A stretch of DNA of 64,000 nucleotides from Octopus sinensis (GCF_006345805.1 NC_042997.1:208320001-208384000), one strand, 5' to 3'. Counted from the stretch's first letter, positions 11,026 through 24,717 are shown. The notes: generated by a model from the letters alone, not told the origin. Numbers and translations are program-made.

Positions 11026-11055
11026 CCTATCTTCCTTTCTGTCTGTCTGTCTGCA
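10696..11055. repeat. (TATC)n/(TGTC)n compound microsatellite
   Basis: Direct inspection. Confidence 0.95.
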
Positions 11056-11404
11056 TGTACGACTGTTCCTCCCTCTTCTACCTCTTTTTCCCTCTCCTCC
11101 TCACACGCATTCACATACATTTACACACTCATTCACATACACTCTCTCACGCTACTCACTCACACACACACACACACACACACAAACTGCTACGCCTCAC
11201 TACACATCTGAGAAATTTCCGGTTATGGAGAAGAACACAAATTTTTCCCACATGAAAAGAACCACATATCGCCATGTCTTATCGCAGAAGAAGAAGAAGA
11301 AGATGAAGGAAACTCGTGTTGGACTTCTCCAAATTTATTCCAATTTACCATCACAGGTAAACTGGAATTAATTAACCATAACTCAATCATTACTAACTTC
11401 TCAA

Positions 11405-11841
11405 ACGAAATTATTATTATTATCATTATTAATATTATTATTATGATTATTATTATTGTTATTAGCATTATTATTATTATTAGCATTCTTCTTCTTCTTC
11501 TTCTTCTTCTTCTTCTTCTTCTTCTTCTTCTTCTTTTCTTCTCCTCCTCCTCCTCCTTCTTCTTTTCTTCTTCATCTTCTTCTTCTTCTTCTCCTCCTCC
11601 TTCTTCTTTTCTCCTCCTCCTCCTTCTTTTCTACTTTCCTTCTTCTTCTTTCCTTCTTCTTCTTCTCCTCCTCCTTCTTCTTTTCTCCTCCTCCTCCTTC
11701 TTTTCTACTTTCCTTCTTCTTCTTCTTTCCTTCTTCTTTCCTTCTTCTTTCCTTCTTCTTCTTCTCCTCCTCCTTCTTCTTTCCCCCTCCCCCTCCTTCT
11801 TCTTTTCTTCTTCTTCTTCTTCTTCTTCTTCTTCTTTCCTA

Positions 11842-11879
<38 letters not shown>

Positions 11880-12212
11880 TACTACTACTACTACTACTAC
11901 TACTACTAGCATGATCCTAATCAACGTCGTCGTCATCATCGTGGCCCTCCTCCTCCTCCTCGTCTTCTTCGTCCTCCTCCTCCTCACCATCATCATCATC
12001 ATCATCACCACTACTAGGTTAATCTTTTGAATGATTTTATAAAAGTTTCGGTTGCTCCGCCACGTGCACCATCACCTCCCTGAAACGAAGTTATCGTCGT
12101 TGTTGTTCTTCTTATCATTATTGTTATTATTATTATGATTATTATTATTACTATTACTATTACTATTATTATTATTACTATTACTATTACTATTATATTA
12201 TTATTATTATTA

Positions 12213-12251
<39 letters not shown>

Positions 12252-12280
12252 TATTATTAATATTATTATTATTACTATTG

Positions 12281-12320
<40 letters not shown>

Positions 12321-12365
12321 CATTATTTCTATTATTATTATCATTATTATTTTTTATTATTATTG

Positions 12366-12444
<79 letters not shown>

Positions 12445-12450
12445 CATTAA
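11405..12450. repeat. Compound trinucleotide block (TAT, TTC/TCC, TAC, CAT, TAT)
   Basis: Direct inspection; explains the poly-L/S/F/I ORFs. Confidence 0.95.
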
Positions 12451-12684
12451 TGTAACTAATGTTTAACTGCTGATCTGGCTGTGATGATCTTGATTATGTG
12501 AGCGGAAGAAGCTATGCCGAAGTCAATAGACAGGTGTCAGTGATCACTCATAAAAATCTTTCCAGCCGACATTTTCATAATTTCTGCGCAATATTGGTTT
12601 TCAATGGTCAGCTGCGAGTGATAAGTTGCTTCATTGGTTACAAATGGCATAAAATATATGGCACGGTTCATTGGACTTTCAGCT

Positions 12685-12703
12685 ATGTCTCTCTCTCTCT
12701 CTT

Positions 12704-12747
<44 letters not shown>

Positions 12748-12774
12748 ATTCCTCCTCAATTTCTGCTTGTTATA

Positions 12775-12864
<90 letters not shown>

Positions 12865-13145
12865 TTGTGTGTGTACGTGTGTGTGTTACGTGTGTGTGTG
12901 TGTATGTGTATACATGCACATACATATGCATACATATATATATGAGTGCGCCCGTACGTGTGTGTATGCGTATATATTCTACACACACACACATATATAT
13001 ATACATATACACACATACACACATATATATATGTATGCATATATATATATATATATACATATATATATCATATATATACATATATATATACATATATATA
13101 TACATATATACATACACACACACACACAAATATATATATATGTAT

Positions 13146-13185
<40 letters not shown>

Positions 13186-13260
13186 ACATATATATGCATA
13201 CATATATCTATAAATTGATATAATAACTAAAGGTCGATAGATAGATAGACAGATAGATAT
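12685..13260. repeat. (CT)n/(TA)n/(TG)n/(CA)n compound microsatellite
   Basis: Direct inspection. Confidence 0.95.
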
Positions 13261-13334
13261 AAATCGTTCTCACTCTTTCAATACGTTCACCATTTCTTTC
13301 ACTCACTTCCTATATCTCTCTTTTACTTTTCCTT

Positions 13335-13372
13335 TCTTTCCGATGAATGACTTACGTCTGAAACGTTAAGAA
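13335..13372 (+). ncRNA. Degenerate minimal hammerhead-like motif
   Basis: CCGAUGA-A-UGAC uuac GUCU-GAAAC-GUU-AAGAA; U4 changed to C, helix II mismatch. Confidence 0.35.
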
Positions 13373-14499
13373 TGTTCTCTTTCTCTTTTTTGAAATGTTA
13401 AACGAATTCCATTTCTGTCAAACTTTGTTCTTAATGTTTATTATTTTTACACTCTCGGTAGATAGATAAGTAGATGATGGATAAATGCACAGGAAGTTAT
13501 ATATGTCTGTGTGTATCTATCTATTTGTCTGTCTGTCTGTCTCTGCCCCTCCCTCTCTCTCTCTTTCTCCCTCCCCACAATACACACATATATCAATATG
13601 TATGTATTATGTATGTATGCAGGCATGTATATATATATATATCAATATCGCTCTACGGCTTACCCAGTGAATACATTAGAGTGGCTGATAACCTCTCCAA
13701 GTGCCTTTTACGCCCAATGATTTTAATTCCTACTTGTTACTGCATCTTAACTTTTTTTATAGTACAAGCGTGATTGCCGTAACTTACCATTGTTTCCGTT
13801 ATGTTGTCCACTCCAAACATTAAAAAATCAATTGTATTGATCCCTCACTGGTATACAACGTCACTCATTCCCCCGCAAACTCAGCTACAACACTCCATAA
13901 CACAATTAAAACACCACTCTAACAATATTCTCTTCCCGTCTCTTTCTTTTTCTCTCCCTCACTTCAGACACAACTGCAACACCATCCTAACAACTCACAC
14001 TTCATTCCTGAAAACTGAGGGGACGTCTGAAGGTAGTTAACTAGTGAAGTATCACCTCAACGCAGTTACATTTCTCTGTTATAATATTTCCCTTCGCTGA
14101 CGTCAATAATATCTATGAGTACCTCACATTGTTATTTTCTTCTTCTGCACGTATTCTGTCGGGATTTCTTTTGATAAGAAATTTAGCTGGAAAGAGATGT
14201 GGTAGAAAGAAATATTGGAAGCAGGGTTTGTTGCGCACAATAGCATTAGCAGAGAGAAGTGGTTACATTAGGGAAACATAGGCGCAGACATGGCTGTGTG
14301 GTTAAAAAGTTTGCGTCAAAATTATGTGCTGTATGAAGATAGTGTATTTTTAGCTGAGAATAAGGAGTTCAAATCTGGCTAAAGACCGGGAGAAATCAAC
14401 TCGAAGCTTTTTCAGAGTAATTTAAACTACCATATAAGCTCAACGCCTTAAGTTTTCACGTTTATATCTAATATTTTTCTAAAAATATATCACACAAAG

Positions 14500-14516
14500 T
14501 GTAGTGGTGGTAGTAA

Positions 14517-14585
<69 letters not shown>
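14500..14585. repeat. (TAG)n microsatellite
   Basis: Direct inspection. Confidence 0.95.
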
Positions 14586-15419
14586 ATGTTCTTGTCGTTG
14601 TTTAGTCCCAGGACAATCATGATTAAATAGGCTTATGAGGAATGACGTTCCAGTGATGAACATTTTTGTATCTGTACAAAAAAAATTTGCATCTCAAGTA
14701 TAAAAATAATCCGACCATTCTAACAACACTGTCTCATCCACTCAGTACCGCACAACAATATCAACAAACATGATTAAACATAACTCTAACAACACCATAT
14801 CTCCCACTCACCTGCATCTACGCATTTACAACACTTCACAACCGGGAAAGATAACCTTGTTAGGATGGTGTTGTGTAGTGTTGTGAATGTATCAGGTCTA
14901 CGTGGGAACAACAGGATTGTTAGGATGATGCGGCAGTTTTGTTGTAGGTTGTTGTAGTAGTGTTTTAGCTGTGTGAGAGATGTAGGACTGTTGGAATGGT
15001 ACTACAGTTGTGAGTGTGTGGAGAGAAAGAGAGAGAGAGGAGGATGTTGTTAGGATGGTGTTTTTACTGTATTATGGAATGCTAAAGTTGAGTTTGAAGG
15101 GAATGGGATTTTAGGATAGGGATAAGGTTTTAAGGACGGTATCTGGGAGAATTGGGAGAAACGGGGGTGGAAGTAATGTGACAGCATGTTAAATTAATTC
15201 TTAAACGATATGTCAAAAGAAATAAGGAAAAGAGAAGTGGCCAGGCCACAGCTGGAACGTCGACTGAACGATGTGGATACCCGTAATTCCCTGGGTTGAG
15301 AAAAAATATGAAATAAAGTGACGGCCATGGTTTCTATTCTTGTAACAAGAACAACAACAACAACAACAGTAGCGGCAGTAGTAGAAGTAGTATCATCATC
15401 ATCATCATCAGCAGCAGCT

Positions 15420-15466
<47 letters not shown>

Positions 15467-15568
15467 GAGTGAGAGAGCAGTGCATGCCATCAAAGTGACA
15501 CTGGGGTAAAATATACGAAGCCCAATATACCCATCATGACCACCCGTCTGATAAGGGTACACTAGGCA

Positions 15569-15700
<132 letters not shown>

Positions 15701-16039
15701 GATTTTGTTATTGCTTATGCAGTTGTTATTATTGTTGGTGTTTTATAATAGCTAAGGGAAGATACCGAAAAGTGAGGTATTCGGTTTCGAAACTAACATT
15801 GGTAACGCCGAACTAACTATTCTCCTGGGAACCATATTTCCCTCGTCAGATATAACTGAAGACGGCAAAGTGGAAATATTCTTCAGTTTTATAGAGTATT
15901 ACATACGTTTATAGCTTTTAATCAACTGAACTCTCGGCGAGTCTCAGCTGTACCCTTGAGGAGTCTGGACTCTACTTTGGACGAGTCTTTGTCCAGGAGT
16001 TACGGAATATTGGTCAGCACTACTGTGTGAATTAACATA

Positions 16040-16210
16040 TAACTCTGCCATGTTGCTTTCTTAAAACACCATATTTTGGAGAAGATTCTGTTTCAAAGAA
16101 AATCTACATTTATTGCATCGTGACTCGACGCCATATTTAAAAGTTCTTCTCAAACAGCCGCCATATTTTTTATAATCAAACTTCTCTGCGATGTTTGGCG
16201 CCAAAATAGA
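16040..16210. promoter_or_regulatory. Candidate regulatory patch with YY1-like and E2F-like motifs
   Basis: CGCCATATTT 16129-16138, CCGCCATATTT 16158-16168, palindromic TTTGGCGCCAAA 16194-16205 in non-repeat sequence. Confidence 0.3.
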
Positions 16211-16649
16211 GATTGTTTTCAATAGATTGTTGTCTAGTTTTCGTACAAAGTGTTTGCAGAGTCAGATCTATCACCAACAGAAGGAAAGACTGGCGATGTG
16301 ACGTTCATGCCTCTTCTCGGTTTTTAGCGATGTATGTGTGGAGTGGCGATTGGGTCTCTTGGCGATAATAGAAAAGACAAGAACTATGTTGCGATACACA
16401 GACAAGAAATATAGGAATACAGTTGTGGAAAGAGAGGGTGAGAGACAGAGATAGAAAGAATGAGGGAGTGAGTGAAAGAATGAGTGAGAGAGAGAGAGAG
16501 TGTGTGTGTGATTGAGTGAGAGAAGGAATGTGTGCGTATATGTATGAGGTAGGTAGGTAGATAAATAGATAGGAAAACGACACGCAGTCAGATTATTAAA
16601 AAAGTATGGCATTCTGGTTTAAACCTGGTTATATTACAGGTATTTATTA

Positions 16650-16881
16650 AAGGCGGCGAACTGGCAGAGACGTTAGCACGCCGGGCGAAATGCTTAGCGT
16701 TATTTCATCAGCCGTTACGTTCTGAGTTCAAATTCCGCCGAGGTCGACTTTGCTTTTCATCCTTTCGGGGTCGATTAAATAAGTACCAGTTACGCACTGG
16801 GGTCAATATAATCGACTTAATCCCTTTGTCTGTCCTTGTTTGCCCCTCTATGTTTAGCCCCTTGTGGGCAATAAAGAAATA
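16650..16881 (+). mobile_element. tRNA-derived SINE, family C, with 20-bp TSD
   Basis: GGCGGCGAACTGGCAG head, GAGTTCAAATTCC B-box-like; TSD TATATTACAGGTATTTATTA at 16630-16649 and 16882-16901. Confidence 0.9.
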
Positions 16882-18099
16882 TATATTACAGGTATTTATT
16901 ATTGCCTCCTTCAACACTAAAATAAAACCACGGCCTGTCTAGACACCAACCTTAACTGTGGCGAGACTTGAAATTATAACAGCTGTCTACGTGACTCAGC
17001 TGGAGCAGTTAGATGCTTGTGTTATCGATGCTATCAACAACAAATTTACGATTATATGCGTTCCATTTGTGACCATTTCGTCTTTTCTTCCGGAATGCGT
17101 TTTCCAATGCATCCTTCTTTTATGATGGTATTTCAGGGAGATTTAGCTTTTATTTCTTGCAGCTAGATCGACCACATAGAGGCTTCAACCATTGTCTCAC
17201 TTTTATTGTATTCAGTTAAGGCGACTGACATATTGAATTGTGAGAGCGTCGGATAGAACACCTTGCGGTAATCGCTCTCGTTCTCTTGTTTTTGTGTTCA
17301 AACCCCCACCGAGGCCCAGTCATCTTTTCCTGATTGAGAAATAAAGTACAAATTCTACACTGGTACTTTATTTTCAGTTACCTCTCCTCCCCCTTCCTCT
17401 CTCTCTCTCTCTCTTTCTCTTTCTCTTCACCTTTCTCTCTAAATTCTAATCCAAAGATCCACCCTTTCTTCTCCCCATGTGGTCTTCCATTCAACGTGAC
17501 TGTTGGATTACTCTCAGTTGATCAAATAAACAAATAGTCATCGTCGATAAGCGACGGAGGACCCAGCAGCGGTAGCAGCAGCAGCAGTATTGTGTTGTTT
17601 ATATGTTATCTCACGTTGCTGTGTCTTTGTCTCTTGTGCTCTGTTCTCGAAGACAAGGAGAGACAAAGGTCTCAGAAAAATGAAGTCTTTGACAAAAAAA
17701 TGCTGAAAGAAAACAAGATTAAAATTTCAACAAAAAAATTAATTTTTTTCGAGATAGAAAAAAATTTTTAAAAACAAACAAAAACCGAAAAAATTTTGCG
17801 AAAAAGGCAAAAAAAGAAAAAAAGAAAAAGGAAAAGAAAAAAGAAAAAAGCATAGAACAAAGAACAGTGGTGATGAAGCGGCGGCTGGGTTTGTGACTTT
17901 AGCAATAGTGCGGCGCCATGGTCGAAATAGAAATGACAAAAATAAGAGTTTATAAAGAAAGAGTATTTTGAAAAAAATTTTTGTTTTTGTTTTTGGTTTT
18001 TGGAGGTGGGGGGAGCTTTTTTTGCGTTTTTTTTTTTGCTGGTAGTTTTAACGAAGAGGAAGAAAGTAGAAAGTTGGGAATAAATTAATTATTAATCAG

Positions 18100-18145
18100 A
18101 TAGAAAGAGGAAGCCACGCCTATTTACAGGTTCCGGCCCCGCCCA
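18100..18145. promoter_or_regulatory. Candidate GC-box/ETS motif cluster
   Basis: GCCACGCC 18113-18120, TTCCGG 18131-18136, CCCCGCCC 18137-18144 beside a CpG-richer unique stretch (17500-18150). Confidence 0.25.
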
Positions 18146-18419
18146 CTTTAACTGTTTGTAGTTGCAATGTTTGAAATAGAGAACCAAGACTTGACAGAAT
18201 TACAACGGAAGGAGTAAATAACAAGAGAGGGAAAGAGGGAGAGAGAGAGAGAGAGAGAGAGGGGGTGGAACAGGAGGATGAGGAGGAGGAAGAGCAGGAA
18301 ACGAATGGTTTACTTGTATTAAATGCTTAAGTGGATCTCCGTCGGTTTCGAAGACGACTTCTTCGATCACATCAACTGTTGAATTGAGTTAATGTCAGAA
18401 TCAAGGTGACACACTGTGT

Positions 18420-18462
<43 letters not shown>

Positions 18463-18562
18463 CGTGTGTGTGTGTGTGTGTGTAATATATATATGTGTGT
18501 GTATGCATGTGTATGTGTGTGTGTATGTGTGTGTGTATGTGTGTGTGTATGTGTGTGTGTGT

Positions 18563-18600
<38 letters not shown>

Positions 18601-18750
18601 TGGTTGCCCCCTTTTTAATTAAAGGTACTGAACACTTTGTATTAGGGAGTGGCTGTGTGGTAAGTAGCTTGCTTATGAACTACATGGTTCCGGGTTCAGT
18701 CCTACTGCATGGCACCTTGGGCAAGTGTCTTCTGCTATAGCCTCTCATAA

Positions 18751-19055
18751 TTTACAGGGGGATTGATGTCGTACTAATAAAATATGGCTGATGTTTTCAT
18801 AGGGATGGTTGTGTCGTAAGAGGTCGATTTTGCCTTTCATACTTTCGGGGTCGATAAATTAAGTACCAGTTACGCACTGAGGTCGATGTGATCGACTTAA
18901 TCCCTTTATCTGTCCTTGTCTGTCCCTCTGTTTAGCCCCTTGTGGGCAATAAAGAAACAAGAAGGTTGCTTCCCAACCACATGGTTCCGGGTTCTGTCCC
19001 ACTGCGTGGCACCTTGGGCAAGTGTCTTCTATTAAGGCCTCAGACCGACCAAAGC
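18751..19055 (+). repeat. 305-bp direct repeat, copy 1 (unique sequence + SINE C 3' half + SINE A head)
   Basis: Near-identical to 20041-20345. Confidence 0.9.
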
Positions 19056-19059
19056 TATA

Positions 19060-19308
19060 GGCGCGTGGCTTAGTGGTTAGGGGTGTCAGCATCATGATCG
19101 TAAGATTGTGGTTTCGATTCCTGGACCAGGCAACGCGTTGTGTTCTTGAGCAAAACACTTCATTTCACGTTGCTCCAGTCCACTCAGTTGGCAAAAATGA
19201 GTAACGCTACGATGCTCTGGCGTTCCATCCAGCTGGGGAACACATACGCCACGGAAACCGGGAAGCCGGGCCCATGAGCCTGGCTAGACTTTTAAAAAGG
19301 GCGCATTT
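19060..19308 (+). mobile_element. tRNA-derived SINE, family E
   Basis: TGGCTTAGTGGTTAGG A-box, GGTTTCGATTCC B-box; central GTTCTTGAGCAA..TTCACGTTGCTCCAG shared with 60572-60840. Confidence 0.75.
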
Positions 19309-19458
19309 ATTTATTTTAAAGTAGGGAGGTAAGTATTCTCCGACGACGAAAATCAACAGTCATTAGATATTACGTTCAAATTTACAAGAATGTATTAATA
19401 AAGAAAAAACTCGTAATTGTCTGGATTCTCATTGTTCTGATTGCATTTTATGAATTAA

Positions 19459-19853
19459 CTAGCAGTATCGCCCGGCGTTGCTCGGGTTTGTAAGGGAAAT
19501 AAGCATTTTTAGAGAGTTATAGCCAAAAAATAGCAAAAAAAAAATGCATTAAAAATGGAAAAAAAATGATGGTAAATTTTTTTTAAAAATCGTTGACTCA
19601 TCGTTGACATTTTTAGAGAGTTACTTCCCTTATATAATAGCGAAAAAAATGCATTAAAATGGAAAAAAATGATTGTAAATTTTTTTTTTAATCGTAGACT
19701 CATCGTAGACGCGCGCTAATACCCAGAAGGGATCGATATGAATCACGACTATAAGATACCCGGTTTTGGTTAAACTGCACCGCAAAATGTGGGAGTAGTT
19801 AGAAATCTAAATCGTAGGAGACAGACACACAACTTCACTTTTATATATAAAGA
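19459..19853 (-). mobile_element. Non-autonomous Helitron
   Basis: Minus strand starts TC(TTTATATATAAAA) and ends with hairpin CCCGAGCAACGCCGGG, then CTAG; inserted between A and T; internal tandem duplication. Confidence 0.85.
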
Positions 19854-20040
19854 TATCTCTGGCAGACATCAGCACACATCAGTAAATAATTTGTTTGCTG
19901 GTTTCTACAACCAAGAGCATGTAACCCCGTTAAGTTTGTGGATTCGGGTTAGGTTTGGCTGAGACACAGAATAAGGTCGAAATACCGCGATATCTCAACG
20001 TCACACTCACAACAGGGAATTTCGTATGTTATGAACATAC

Positions 20041-20345
20041 TTTACACGGGGATTGATGTCGTACTAATAAAATAAGGCTGATGTTTTCATAGGGGTGGTT
20101 GTGTCGTAAGAGGTCGATTTTGCCTTTCATACTTTCGGGGTCGATAAATTAAGTACCAGTTACGCACTGAGGTCGATGTGATCGACTTAATCCCTTTATC
20201 TGTCCTTGTTTGTCCCTCTGTTTAGCCCCTTGTGGGCAATAAAGAAACAAGAAGCTTGCTTCCCAACCACATGGTTCCGGGTTCTGTCCCACTGCGTGGC
20301 ACCTTGGGCAAGTGTCTTCTACTATAGCCTCAGACCGACCAAAGC
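20041..20345 (+). repeat. 305-bp direct repeat, copy 2
   Basis: Offset 1290 bp from copy 1. Confidence 0.9.
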
Positions 20346-20649
20346 CTTGTGAGTGGATTTCTTGGACGGAAACTGAAAGAAGCCCATCGTGTGTGTGTGT
20401 ATGTGTGTGTGTGTTTTTGTGTCTATGTTTGTCCCCCTACCACTGTTTGACATAGCGGTACGGTCATAAAGACCACTACAAGTGGCTCCCGACCGTTTTA
20501 CCTAGGGACCCCCTTAGATGCTTGTTTCACTCCCTTGGATCCCCACCCCTGGCCTTTTGATACTTTAAATAATCCAATGATATTTTAAAAATTAAATATT
20601 ATTACGGACAGTATAAAAAAAATTGTTAAAATATTTCGTGCATATTTAA

Positions 20650-21028
20650 GCGCAGGAGTGGCTGTGTGGTAAGTAGCTTGCTTACCAGCCACATGGTTCT
20701 GGGTTCAGTCCCACTGCATGGCACCTTGGGGAAGCGTCTTCTACTATAGTCTCAGGCCAACCAAAACCTTGTGAGTGGATTTGGTAGACGGAAACTGAAA
20801 GAAGCCCATGTGTGTGTGTGTGTGTGTGTTTGTTTGTTTGTGTCCCTACCATCGCTTGATAACCGATGTTGGTGTATGTACGTTCCCGTAACTTATCGGT
20901 TCGGCAAAGGAGGCCGATAGAATATTTACTTGGCTTACAGAGAATAGGTCCTAGGTTTGATTTGTTCGACTAAAGGCGGTGCTCCAGCATGGCCGCAGTC
21001 TAACGGCTGAAACAAAGGAATAAAAGAA
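20650..21028 (+). mobile_element. SINE family A (full length, variant tail)
   Basis: Head to CCAGCATGGCCGCAGTC-TAAC-GGCTGAAAC tail. Confidence 0.88.
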
Positions 21029-21053
21029 TTGTAGAATTATAAACAGTTTACAT

Positions 21054-21242
21054 AGGCGCAGCTTCCAAACCACATGGTTCCGGGTTCGGTCCCACTGCGT
21101 GGCACCTTGGACAAGTGTCTTCTACTATAGACTAGGGCCGACCAAAGCCTTGTGAGTGGATTTGGTTGACGGAAACTGAAAGAAGCCCGTCGTATATATG
21201 TATATATATATATATTATATATATATATATGTGTGTGTGTGT

Positions 21243-21282
<40 letters not shown>

Positions 21283-21481
21283 TGTGTCTGTCCCCCCAAC
21301 ATCGCTTGACAACCGATGCTGGTATGTTTATGTCCCCGTATCTTAGTGGTTCGGCAAAAGAACCGATGTAATAAATAGTAGGCTTACAAAGAATAAGTCC
21401 TGGGGTTGATTTACCCGACTAAAGGCGGTGCTCCAGCATGGCCACAGTCAAATGACTGAAACAAGTAAAAGAGTAAAAGAG
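21054..21481 (+). mobile_element. SINE family A (near full length)
   Basis: Head with small deletion, internal TA/TG tract, (GTAAAAGA)n tail. Confidence 0.88.
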
Positions 21482-21618
21482 TTTATTACACACAAAACAC
21501 ATCCATACATAAAACACACACACGCACGCACGCACACACATGGATGTATGCGTGTGTGAGTGTCTGTGTATTCATATAATTTGTATACATATTTATGTAC
21601 ATACATATGTACACATAC

Positions 21619-21667
<49 letters not shown>

Positions 21668-21917
21668 CTTGTGTGCAAAGACACACACACAAATGTAGAC
21701 ACATGAACATGCGCACACATTTATACACACGAACATACACGTAGACATATATTTACATATATTGCAGTTGAAGATGTCTTCTGCAGATTTACCATTAAAA
21801 CCGAAGATCTTAATCTGAAGACCATTTTTACAGAAATTTTGTTTAACATACCTTAAATTCTTCAAGTGACTTGAAACTGTAATATTTTAATTATATGTTT
21901 CTACGTACATATGCACA

Positions 21918-21968
<51 letters not shown>

Positions 21969-22063
21969 ACACACGCTCACACACACATTTATGCATGTGA
22001 ATACGGTATATATTATTCATACATCTATTAACATTATATACCTTATATATATATATATTTATG

Positions 22064-22110
<47 letters not shown>

Positions 22111-23219
22111 TATATATATAATATATAATATATATATATGTGTGTGTGTGTATGCATATATGAATATATATATATGTAATCCGTTTATGTATACATTATG
22201 TTTATATTTGTATGTGTTTGTTTTTCCTTTTGTCGGGTTCAAGACGGTCACTAACAAAGTGACAAGGCTCTTTTGTTTCCGTCCAAACATCAGGGGGTAT
22301 TGGGTGTGTTAATTGTTCGGTGTGTGGGTGTTTGAGTGTGAATAAACTCGCATTCGTGTAATGGTTATACATGTTACTTTAATACCTAAGTGCATGTGTC
22401 CTTCATTAATATCCATGTATGTGCTCTACATCTACATGTTATTTTGCACATTCGCTTAAAGCTTGGAATTTCAAACATCGAATCCCCTGATATATTTTAC
22501 AAGTTCTCACTATACCTCTTAACCAATTATACAGGATAATGCTATTCAATCTGCTCTGTTCTTGTTTCTAGAATCCCCAGGATTTGTAAGCTTTTACGCA
22601 CATGTGTTGTTACATAATCTGGTTTACTTTCGACAATCTATAGCCTGGACACAAGAGTTGTAGATTTTTTTCCTTTAATTCTCCAAAGATGCTCTTTGTC
22701 TCGACCAAAGTTTTGGCAAGATTTTCACATCCACCTGGCAGCCGATCTCTACATCCGTGTATGGCCTTTGCCTGTTCCATGCAAGATGTGAATAAGTAGA
22801 TTAATTTCAATAGTTACAAGCTCATTGTTGTGGTGAATCCCGTGTAAGTGTAAGTTTTCCCTTGTAACGTTTTATCTGGAATGCGTTAATGTCTTAGCAA
22901 CAATAGCTAACGTTAACGTTGGGCACATTAAAAATCTTATAGTGCATCTATGCTAACGGTAAGTGTTACCATTCTAGAGCTAGAAAATTTCGGGTTATGT
23001 ACGTGATAAGTTGTGATTATGTTTCTTTTTCTAATATTCTATCGTAGATTGGGTGGGCTGTTCACCATCTAAAACAACATCTTACTGAAGCCATGTCTAG
23101 CTAGTGTTCCGGTCGAAAGTGTACTCGACTGAGGATAGATAAGATATCCTTACGTATGCTAGTTTCCAAGTTCGTAATTATTACAGAGGTTGAATGGAAA
23201 CTTTGGGAATATACATGCA

Positions 23220-23422
23220 TGCATACATACCTCAGTAGCAGTACCAGTGCTGATTCCAATATTTGGAATTCTTGATTGGTCTGCAGAAGAAATCCACTTC
23301 ATAGACATTAAAATCCACAAGATTCATCTCCACAGAAATAGTGATATCGACAGGCCCTACCTCAGAAGAGATAAAGGATGTTGAGGCTTGTGATCAGTGC
23401 AGGTAGCATTCAAATGTCGCAT

Positions 23423-23456
<34 letters not shown>

Positions 23457-24450
23457 ACAGCACTTGCTAAACAACAACAGTTAGTGGTGAAAACTGAAGG
23501 AAACAATATCCTACCTTGCAAGTGAGTTCCTCAGGAAGCAATCTCTTCCTGATGACCTCCCATACAACTCCAAATCAAGTGGACTAGTATACATCAAAGG
23601 AAATCTGGAGGTGAAACGTTCAGCATACCAAAAAAGGACATGCGTAGGTATGTTTCCCGTAGACTTGAAGAAGATAGTAACATTGACATGAAGCCAAGTT
23701 TCACTTGGACTCGTGACCGATACATCACACCTTGAAGGTTACACATTTGCGATCCAAGAACAGGAGATTGCTACTAAAGAGACAAAAGAGACAGCGAAGA
23801 CCTTGGAGTTTCAAGATGCAACTGTAAACGTAGTTTATGTCATACTTCTGTGGAAGACATCACACATATGACTAGCAGCTGTCCAAAAATGTCATCAAGG
23901 TACTACCTCCCTATGTGGCATGACGTTTTGTGAAACCATATACAATGTCACACTATCAGACATCCCCTACTCCCTACTCCTGGCATAGGTGCCAGGAGTG
24001 AGTGGAGACTGTCCTGAAATAAATATAGAGAATCCCCTTGTTATATGATATGTACAAAAATACCAGCACAAGGAATACTGGTGGGACATTGCCATCAAAA
24101 CATCTGTGAAGTGTAAGCCTAACAGGCCAGATATTGTTGTTTGGGACAGACAAGAAAAAGTATGTACCACCATATAGCGGTCAGCTGTCCTGCTGATGTG
24201 AATATTGCTTTGAAAATCAAAGAGAAAGAAGATAACCACGGACAAATGCTTCAAAACCTCTAACTTCAATATCTGGATTACAGATTTACATTTATACAAA
24301 TTAATAATTGGTGCGCTTGGTTTTGTAAGTAAATGCTTAACTGTCGGTCTGGATAATCTTGGATTTTCAGAAAAAGAAATAAACCAACTGATTCGCACAT
24401 TACAAATACAATCTGTAAGTGGAACAGTAAAACTATGCAAGACTTTTCTC
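23220..24450 (+). mobile_element. Old R4/NeSL-type RLE retrotransposon fragment (second subfamily)
   Basis: AVPVLIPIFGILDWS..HRNSDIDRPYL, EDITHMTSSCPKM and WWDIAIKTSVKCKPNRPDIVVWD..SCPAD..IIGALG remnants with stops and frameshifts. Confidence 0.75.
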
Positions 24451-24717
24451 GGGTTTAAAATGTGACATTGTTTTCGTTGTCTATATTCCAAAGATGGTGC
24501 CTTGTATCTCTGTTTGAAAGCGGCTCCTTCTTCAGAGGAAGATTTTAAATGATTCAAAATAGAAAAGAAACATACATATATAATTACATACATGTGTGTG
24601 TGTGTGCGTATATGTGTTTTTGTGTGTGTTTGTGGGAATCGAACCTACGATCTACCGATCACGAGTGTAACACTCCAGCTACTAGGCTATGCGCCTTCAA
24701 TATGTTCATATATATGT

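Noticed and set aside
10433-13223. Long ORFs (312, 241, 195 aa and others)
   Set aside because: Read-throughs of TATC, TTC, TAT and TA/TG microsatellites; the same applies to 42557-44056, 49701-50358 and 59005-59821
15820-15875. Hammerhead candidates (minus-strand CUGACGA-GGGA..UCCC; plus-strand CUGAAGA..GAAA)
   Set aside because: The first lacks GAAA after helix II; the second has a weak helix II and no convincing helix I/III
18335-18385. Hairpin with a GAAA motif on the minus strand
   Set aside because: Better explained as a decayed SINE B tail fragment
22610-22810. Non-repetitive 66-aa minus-strand ORF (also 33340-33650 and 48098-48449)
   Set aside because: No recognisable domain or splice context; may be decayed transposon sequence but cannot be assigned
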